A DNA stretch of 64,000 nucleotides from positions 32,001-96,000 of the IMG/VR virus record IMGVR_UViG_3300046832_001910. One strand, 5' to 3'. The position numbers and the translations under genes were made by a program. Origin of the DNA: a virus. Each line of letters starts with the position of its first letter. Position 1 is the stretch's first letter. Of the stretch, positions 58,515-64,000 are shown piece after piece. The notes below the pieces were generated by a model. The model saw only the letters and a list, made by a program, of their open reading frames with translations, made no database searches and had not been told where the DNA came from.

Positions 58515-58988
58515 ATGGACATTTTTAATCATCCTCAATTACAAATTGACAGCTGCGGCAATCACTATGTTTCAAACACTAGGCTTGATGGTCTTATACC
58601 TAATGCAATAGAGGTTGGTGAAAACCTGATATCAGCTACAGGTTCCTGGATACTATCACATGACTCTTCATTAACTAATCATATAGGTAAGGTTGCAGTT
58701 AAAAAAACGGTAATTGGAAATAATGTTTTCATTGGTTTAAATGCAATTATTATGCCTGGTGTAATTGTAGGAGATGGCTCTATCATTGGAGCAGGTTCAG
58801 TTGTAACAAAAAATGTTGAACCATACACTGTCGTTGCAGGAAATCCTGCAAAATTTATTTGCATGGTAAAAGATTACATAGAAAAAGTATCTTCTAGGTC
58901 AATTATTGTAGATGCTGTAGAGTTTCCAATCACTGAAGATTCTGTGAATAGCTTTAGACAAAAATGGTTAGACTTATCAAACAAATAA
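58515..58988 (+). CDS. Hexapeptide-repeat acyltransferase
   Basis: [32 protein letters not shown]...GNPAK. Confidence 0.9.
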   Translation: MDIFNHPQLQIDSCGNHYVSNTRLDGLIPNAIEVGENLISATGSWILSHDSSLTNHIGKVAVKKTVIGNNVFIGLNAIIMPGVIVGDGSIIGAGSVVTKNVEPYTVVAGNPAKFICMVKDYIEKVSSRSIIVDAVEFPITEDSVNSFRQKWLDLSNK

Positions 58989-59017
58989 AACTAATATAAA
59001 TATTTTAACATAACACT

Positions 59018-60277
59018 ATGAAATTTAGCATAATAACACCCACCCACCGCCCAACATATATCGGTGAATTATATCAATCCATAAAAGAACAAACATATAA
59101 AGATTGGGAATGGATTCTACATCTTAACGGTAATGTTACTAAAAACGATTTACCTAATGAAATCTTATCTGATAAAAAAGTAAAGATCTTTATTGATAGT
59201 AAATGTGAGTTAAGTCCTAATGTAGGTTATCAGAAGAATAAAGCATTCCATTTAGGAAAGGGTGATGTTTTAGTAGAAGTTGATCACGATGATATTCTTT
59301 TACCTAATTGTTTAGAAGAATTGGCAATAGCATATAAAGAAAACCCCGATGTTGGTTTTGTTTATAGTGATGATGCAATTTTAGGCGATAATGTTTTACC
59401 CTTTAATGCTGCAATGGGTTGGACTTATAATGAGTTTGATTGGAAAGGTAAAAAACTGATTGCACATGAAGGCTTCCCTGCAGATGGTGGTGCCGTATCA
59501 ATGATTTATTATGCACCTGACCATGTCCGAAGTTGGAGAGCAGATGTATATCGCCAGGTAGGTGGCCATGATGTAAATCTTTCTATTCTTGATGATCAGG
59601 ATCTAATGATAAGAACCTATCTTGTAACAAAGTTTTATCATATCAAAAAGGTACTTTACATTTACAGAGTACATGGAGATAATACATGGCTTGAAAGAAA
59701 TAAAGCAATCCAAGATGGAACTTGGCAAATGTTCAATCAATGGCAACAGAGATTAGCTGAAAGGGATGCCGATTTACGTGGACTTAGAAAAATTGATATT
59801 GGTGGTGGACTCTATCCTAGAGAAGGATACGAATCTGTTGATATTGCAAATGGAGACATTACAGCTGACTTAAATAAAAAATGGCCTTTTAAAGATGGGG
59901 AGATTGGTGTTATTAATGCATCACATGTTATTGAACACTTAGTTGATAAACACCATACAATGTCCGAATTACATCGTGTTCTTGCTGATGGTGCATGGGC
60001 ATTTATTGAAGTTCCATCAACTGATGGTAGAGGAGCATGGCAAGATCCAACTCACGTAAGTTTTTGGAATCAAAATAGTTTTTGGTATTATACTAGACAA
60101 CAGCAAATGGACTACATTTATAATAAAGATGTTAAGTTTCAGGCAAGAGACTTGCAAACTGCATATCCTAATCAGTTCTTTGCTGATAATAACATTTATG
60201 TAACCCGTGCCTGGTTAAGAGCAGTTAAGAGTTCAAACAGAAAGAACTATCCAGGCGAACTATTATGTGACTTATGA
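59018..60277 (+). CDS. GT2 glycosyltransferase fused to SAM methyltransferase
   Basis: SIITPT, EVDHDD, DDQDL; IDIGGG, SHVIEH, RVLADG, DPTH. Confidence 0.85.
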   Translation: MKFSIITPTHRPTYIGELYQSIKEQTYKDWEWILHLNGNVTKNDLPNEILSDKKVKIFIDSKCELSPNVGYQKNKAFHLGKGDVLVEVDHDDILLPNCLEELAIAYKENPDVGFVYSDDAILGDNVLPFNAAMGWTYNEFDWKGKKLIAHEGFPADGGAVSMIYYAPDHVRSWRADVYRQVGGHDVNLSILDDQDLMIRTYLVTKFYHIKKVLYIYRVHGDNTWLERNKAIQDGTWQMFNQWQQRLAERDADLRGLRKIDIGGGLYPREGYESVDIANGDITADLNKKWPFKDGEIGVINASHVIEHLVDKHHTMSELHRVLADGAWAFIEVPSTDGRGAWQDPTHVSFWNQNSFWYYTRQQQMDYIYNKDVKFQARDLQTAYPNQFFADNNIYVTRAWLRAVKSSNRKNYPGELLCDL

Positions 60278-60549
60278 AAAAAGTAGCAGGTATGTTAGTA
60301 CTGTCGATTCTATTCCTTTCTTGTAAAAATAAGGGTATAAAATATAAGTACAAAATTAAAGGTCAAGTTCCAGTTATGATCAAAAGACAAGTTGATTGGA
60401 ATGAAGTAAATGTAACACAAGAACTTCGACCAGCAATCGCATATACCGATACAATATACGGCATGAATAAAGATTCAATCTGGTATTATAATACCGACGG
60501 ATCTAAGTTAACCCTATTTAAGCCGTATACTGTAAGTTCATTGAAATAA
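60274..60549 (+). CDS. Putative lipoprotein
   Basis: MKK, hydrophobic stretch, FLSC lipobox. Confidence 0.65.
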   Translation: MKKVAGMLVLSILFLSCKNKGIKYKYKIKGQVPVMIKRQVDWNEVNVTQELRPAIAYTDTIYGMNKDSIWYYNTDGSKLTLFKPYTVSSLK

Positions 60550-60551
60550 TT

Positions 60552-60659
60552 ATGAAAAGACGTGGCTTCTTAGGAATATCTGCAATCGGTTGGTTTTGGC
60601 TGATTGGGACTTGCCTCAGTATATCATTCTGGGTTTGGTTAATAAGATTGTTTCTCTAA
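60552..60659 (+). CDS. Small Trp-rich membrane peptide (35 aa)
   Basis: MKRRGFLGISAIGWFWLIGTCLSISFWVWLIRLFL*. Confidence 0.5.
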   Translation: MKRRGFLGISAIGWFWLIGTCLSISFWVWLIRLFL

Positions 60660-60709
60660 AACTTTCAGAAATGCCATTCCTTGTTTATATTTTATTAAAC
60701 ATAGAATAA

Positions 60710-61648
60710 ATGGCTACTAATTTAGGATATTGCTGTATCAACCTAAATCTTCGTCCAAAGAGGATTTCAGTAAACAACAGCTGCATACGTCGTACGTATG
60801 ACGAGAAAGGTTTAGAACATGTAAGTCAATTGGCTTTACTTAATGCTCGTAACCTTGTAGAGATTATCAAATGGAATGAGCAGAATGGCTTCAAGGTTTA
60901 CCGGATGTCATCTGATATGTTTCCTTGGATGTCCGAATACGAAATCAAAGATCTACCAGATTATCGTAAAATTTCAATTATGCTTCGCGGAGCAGGCAAT
61001 CTTGCCCTTAAGTACGGACAGAGGTTATCATTTCATCCAGGACCATTCAATGTTCTAGGATCTCCTAATCCTACTCTGGTCCGCAAAACAATCAAAGAAC
61101 TTAATCAACATGCCGAGATCATGGATCTAATGGGTCTCCCCCAATCTCACCTGTATCCTATTAACATCCACTGTAACGGTGTATATAACAGTAAGATAGA
61201 TACACTGTCTAGATGGGCGAGTAACTATCAGCTACTCTCGGATTCTGCAAGGTCTCGCCTAGTGGTCGAAAATGATGACAAGGGGAGTATGTATTCTGTC
61301 CAGGATTTATATGACGGAATCTTTTCAAAAGTAAAAGTTCCTATTACCTTTGACTACCATCACCACCGCTTCAATGATGGTGGTCTTTCCGAACAAGAAG
61401 CATTTGAGTTGGCAATGTCTACTTGGCATTATCACGGCCAAAAACCATTATTTCATTATTCATCATGTCGTCGTACCTTTGAAAACAATGAAGCCAAGGC
61501 ACAAGCACATGCTGACTTTATATACGAAAGAATAGATGACTATGGCCATGATGTTGATATTGAGGTTGAAGCAAAAGCCAAAGAAGTTGCTGTACTTAAG
61601 TACATTGAAACACAGGAAACCCTTTTAACTGAATACTTACCTTTTTAA
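60710..61648 (+). CDS. uvsE: UV-damage endonuclease
   Basis: LGYCCIN, YRMSSDMFP, RLSFHPG, LVVENDD, FDYHHH, HAD, EAKAKE. Confidence 0.92.
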   Translation: MATNLGYCCINLNLRPKRISVNNSCIRRTYDEKGLEHVSQLALLNARNLVEIIKWNEQNGFKVYRMSSDMFPWMSEYEIKDLPDYRKISIMLRGAGNLALKYGQRLSFHPGPFNVLGSPNPTLVRKTIKELNQHAEIMDLMGLPQSHLYPINIHCNGVYNSKIDTLSRWASNYQLLSDSARSRLVVENDDKGSMYSVQDLYDGIFSKVKVPITFDYHHHRFNDGGLSEQEAFELAMSTWHYHGQKPLFHYSSCRRTFENNEAKAQAHADFIYERIDDYGHDVDIEVEAKAKEVAVLKYIETQETLLTEYLPF

Positions 61649-61651
61649 TTT

Positions 61652-62101
61652 ATGTTTATGAAAAAACTTTTAAGTAATCGTCAATTTCATCCAGTCAAAA
61701 GACTGTTACAGAAAATTGCAATTAAAGCCATTAAGATAACAGACCCTAACCGGTTGGATAAAACTCATGGAGATTACGAACATGAAGCAATTTCAATCTG
61801 TAAAAAATTGATAGCAAAACCAGAGACTCTTTTGCTAATATCACCTATTTCAGGTAAGAGATACATTAGAAGTGAAGATAAACAACTTTCAATCATTATT
61901 CAAAATTATGAGGTTACCATTGTTAATCATTCATACAGCTATGATATTAAAATTGAACCTAAGGCATATTCAAAGATATCAAATATTTTTGATCATGAAG
62001 TTGAAAAGCGTAGGATGGAAATGGAAAATGAAATTCGTTCAAATGTGAAACATTCATTAAGTAACATATATAAAAATATAACCAAGTATGAAAATGCTTA
62101 A
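61652..62101 (+). CDS. Hypothetical protein
   Basis: 149-aa ORF. Confidence 0.7.
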   Translation: MFMKKLLSNRQFHPVKRLLQKIAIKAIKITDPNRLDKTHGDYEHEAISICKKLIAKPETLLLISPISGKRYIRSEDKQLSIIIQNYEVTIVNHSYSYDIKIEPKAYSKISNIFDHEVEKRRMEMENEIRSNVKHSLSNIYKNITKYENA

Positions 62102-62113
62102 TACTTACTAAAA

Positions 62114-62362
62114 ATGAATACATTTAGGACTTTATTTTACGTAGGAGCTTCTATTGCAGGAGTTATGGTTTTCTTATTAATAGTTCCTATTGTTTGGACT
62201 ATGAGAGATAATACTCCTATAATTAAGAAGAGTAAGGAAAGTCACATTGTTTATGATACGGTTAAGGTTAATAAGACTGTGTATGATACTGTTGTGATAA
62301 AGATCTATGAAAAAATTCCTAACACCGACAGCGGTACACAAAGAAACACTGATACATTATGA
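62114..62362 (+). CDS. Membrane-anchored hypothetical protein
   Basis: N-terminal TM; VYDTV repeats. Confidence 0.6.
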   Translation: MNTFRTLFYVGASIAGVMVFLLIVPIVWTMRDNTPIIKKSKESHIVYDTVKVNKTVYDTVVIKIYEKIPNTDSGTQRNTDTL

Positions 62363-62856
62363 AAGCAATTTGGAAAGAAATAAGATGGTTTTACAGACAA
62401 TGTAAAAGATCTTTTGGATATGCTAAAAAGGCATGGGGCGGATACGATTGGGATTATCGTTATTCTATTGATATGTTCTCTTATAGCCTAGAGCGTCTTG
62501 CTAAAAGTCTTGATTCTCCTGATGCATTTTCAGAAAGAGGTACCGCTGATGCACAAAGAATTCGTACCATCATTAAGCTCATGAATAAAGTGTATGATGA
62601 AGAGTATGCACTTGAGTACCAAGATAAAATGAAAGAGCTTTATGGTGAAGATATTTTAGATATTGAATTTGTACCGTATGAAGACAATCCTAAAGAGTAT
62701 TACTCAATAAAGCATAAATATTCAGGCTGGGATAACGAAAAAGAGATTGAAGAAATGCAAAGTAAACTATTCCTAGAATCTCATGAAAAACAGGAAAAAG
62801 CTCATCGCATTCTATGGGCAATGATTGAGCATAGAATCCGCTATTGGTGGGACTAA
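62359..62856 (+). CDS. Hypothetical phage protein
   Basis: DWDY...WWD C-terminus. Confidence 0.7.
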   Translation: MKAIWKEIRWFYRQCKRSFGYAKKAWGGYDWDYRYSIDMFSYSLERLAKSLDSPDAFSERGTADAQRIRTIIKLMNKVYDEEYALEYQDKMKELYGEDILDIEFVPYEDNPKEYYSIKHKYSGWDNEKEIEEMQSKLFLESHEKQEKAHRILWAMIEHRIRYWWD

Positions 62857-62870
62857 AATAAATATCATAT

Positions 62871-63455
62871 ATGATCAAATTTAATAAAGTAATTTCTGAC
62901 AATCCAGCACATTGGTATTGGTTTGATGAAGGATTTTCTAATGATGAGATTGCCAGAATAGAAAGAATGTCAACTGCATTTAATTTAGGCAAGGCTCAGA
63001 TTAGTGATGATGAATTAATTAATGAAGACATTAGAAAGAGTGAAACTGGGTGGATCCCATTTACCGATGAGTACCGTTGGATATATGAAAAATTAGCCGG
63101 AATGATACAGGAAGCCAATGATGTTCTTTGGCACTTTGATTTAGGCGAAATGGAGGAAATGATCCAGTATACCATCTATTATGAAGATGGCGGCCATTAT
63201 GATTATCACCTCGATGTTGGCCCAGGTTATCCTCTTAATCAGAGAAAAATTAGCATTACGGTTCAATTAACAGGACCTGACGATTATGAAGGCGGAGACT
63301 TTGAAATCTTAAGAGGAGGCAGTCCAGAATCTCTACCAAAGAAAAAAGGCTGTGTTTTGGTATTTCCTTCATACATTTTGCATAGAGTAAAGCCAGTTAC
63401 TAAAGGAACAAGAAAATCTCTTGTTTTGTGGGTAGGTGGTGGGAGTTATAAGTGA
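62871..63455 (+). CDS. 2OG-Fe(II) oxygenase (PKHD/P4H-like)
   Basis: YDYHLD, RKIS, YEGG, FPS..LHRVKPVTKGTRKSLV.W. Confidence 0.9.
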   Translation: MIKFNKVISDNPAHWYWFDEGFSNDEIARIERMSTAFNLGKAQISDDELINEDIRKSETGWIPFTDEYRWIYEKLAGMIQEANDVLWHFDLGEMEEMIQYTIYYEDGGHYDYHLDVGPGYPLNQRKISITVQLTGPDDYEGGDFEILRGGSPESLPKKKGCVLVFPSYILHRVKPVTKGTRKSLVLWVGGGSYK

Positions 63456-63482
63456 TTTGTGTACCCGGTGTGGGTGAATTGC

Positions 63483-63599
63483 AAATTGTTAATAACTTTT
63501 TTCAGTTTTTTTCACTCTAGAGAGAAAAAAGTTAGAGAAAAATTTTTTTATCCCAAATATTTGTATTATATTTATATAAAATAAAACGGATATGGAAAT
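63483..63599 (+). repeat. About 115-bp conserved intergenic/promoter element, copy 2
   Basis: Matches 13702-13807 through the ATGGAAAT start. Confidence 0.85.
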
Positions 63600-63795
63600 C
63601 AAATTCAAACTCAACCTGAAACCTTTAATTCTGACCATCGTATCATTTACTGTGGCTGCAATGACCGCAAACGGTACAATTCAAAACTACATCCATTTTG
63701 CTGATGCGATCAATGAAATTGGATTCTTTGTAATCTCTATCGTTGCCGGTACAATAGGTCTGTTTTCATCCTTTGAAAAATCTCAATCTAAGTAA
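63592..63795 (+). CDS. Small two-TM membrane protein
   Basis: 67 aa, hydrophobic. Confidence 0.65.
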   Translation: MEIKFKLNLKPLILTIVSFTVAAMTANGTIQNYIHFADAINEIGFFVISIVAGTIGLFSSFEKSQSK

Positions 63796-64000
63796 TGAAA
63801 AATCTTAAGTACATATCAAAAGATTCACTTGACGCATTTCTCATAGGAATGAGCAAATACGAAACATCTGAACTCTTAAATGATCTTAATGTCCTTGAAC
63901 TTTTGGACGGTAAAACACCTAAAGATCATAAAGCAGATATTCCTCCTTATGAAGCTGCTGAGGCATTTCTCTATCTGTTCCAAGAAAGAGAAGATTATGA
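63795..64000 (+). CDS. Hypothetical protein (5' part, runs off window)
   Basis: TAATG overlap; open frame MKNLKYISKDSLDAF... to window end. Confidence 0.6.
   Translation, partial: MKNLKYISKDSLDAFLIGMSKYETSELLNDLNVLELLDGKTPKDHKADIPPYEAAEAFLYLFQEREDY

Noticed and set aside
981-62992. Minus-strand ORFs in general
   Set aside because: All overlap well-supported plus-strand genes or RNA genes and have no recognisable motifs
1-64000. Stop-codon reassignment, introns or inteins
   Set aside because: Core genes are intact under the standard bacterial code, with TAA, TAG and TGA all used as stops; no suppressor tRNA or splicing motifs seen

Overview
64 kb, AT-rich, all-plus-strand segment of a large T4-like (myovirus/jumbo-type) phage. 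The host is most likely Bacteroidota, based on the GE-start tmRNA tag, TAnnTTTG-type promoters and A-rich translation starts without obvious Shine-Dalgarno sites. Gene order: terminase small subunit, GroES, terminase large subunit, tail sheath, tube, hub, tape measure; DEDDh exonuclease; tmRNA plus 22 tRNAs covering all 20 amino acids, with unexplained structured RNAs in between; topoisomerase II; nucleotide kinases and a dCMP-type thymidylate synthase homologue; ECF-like sigma; collagen-like fibre; PhoH, Hsp20; a glycan biosynthesis cluster (GT25/GT11/GT10, Gmd, DegT, KdsB); a block of proteins sharing a capsid-targeting-like N-terminus; ClpC, IMPDH/GMPR, carbamoyltransferase, ThyA, UvsE, 2OG-Fe(II) oxygenases. 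Top observation: an unannotated 31-codon leader ORF (15165-15260) contains all 20 amino acids, overlaps an antiterminator and precedes a terminator directly upstream of the main tRNA array. It is a candidate 'pan-tRNA-sensing' attenuator. All calls come from reading the sequence; no database searches were run.
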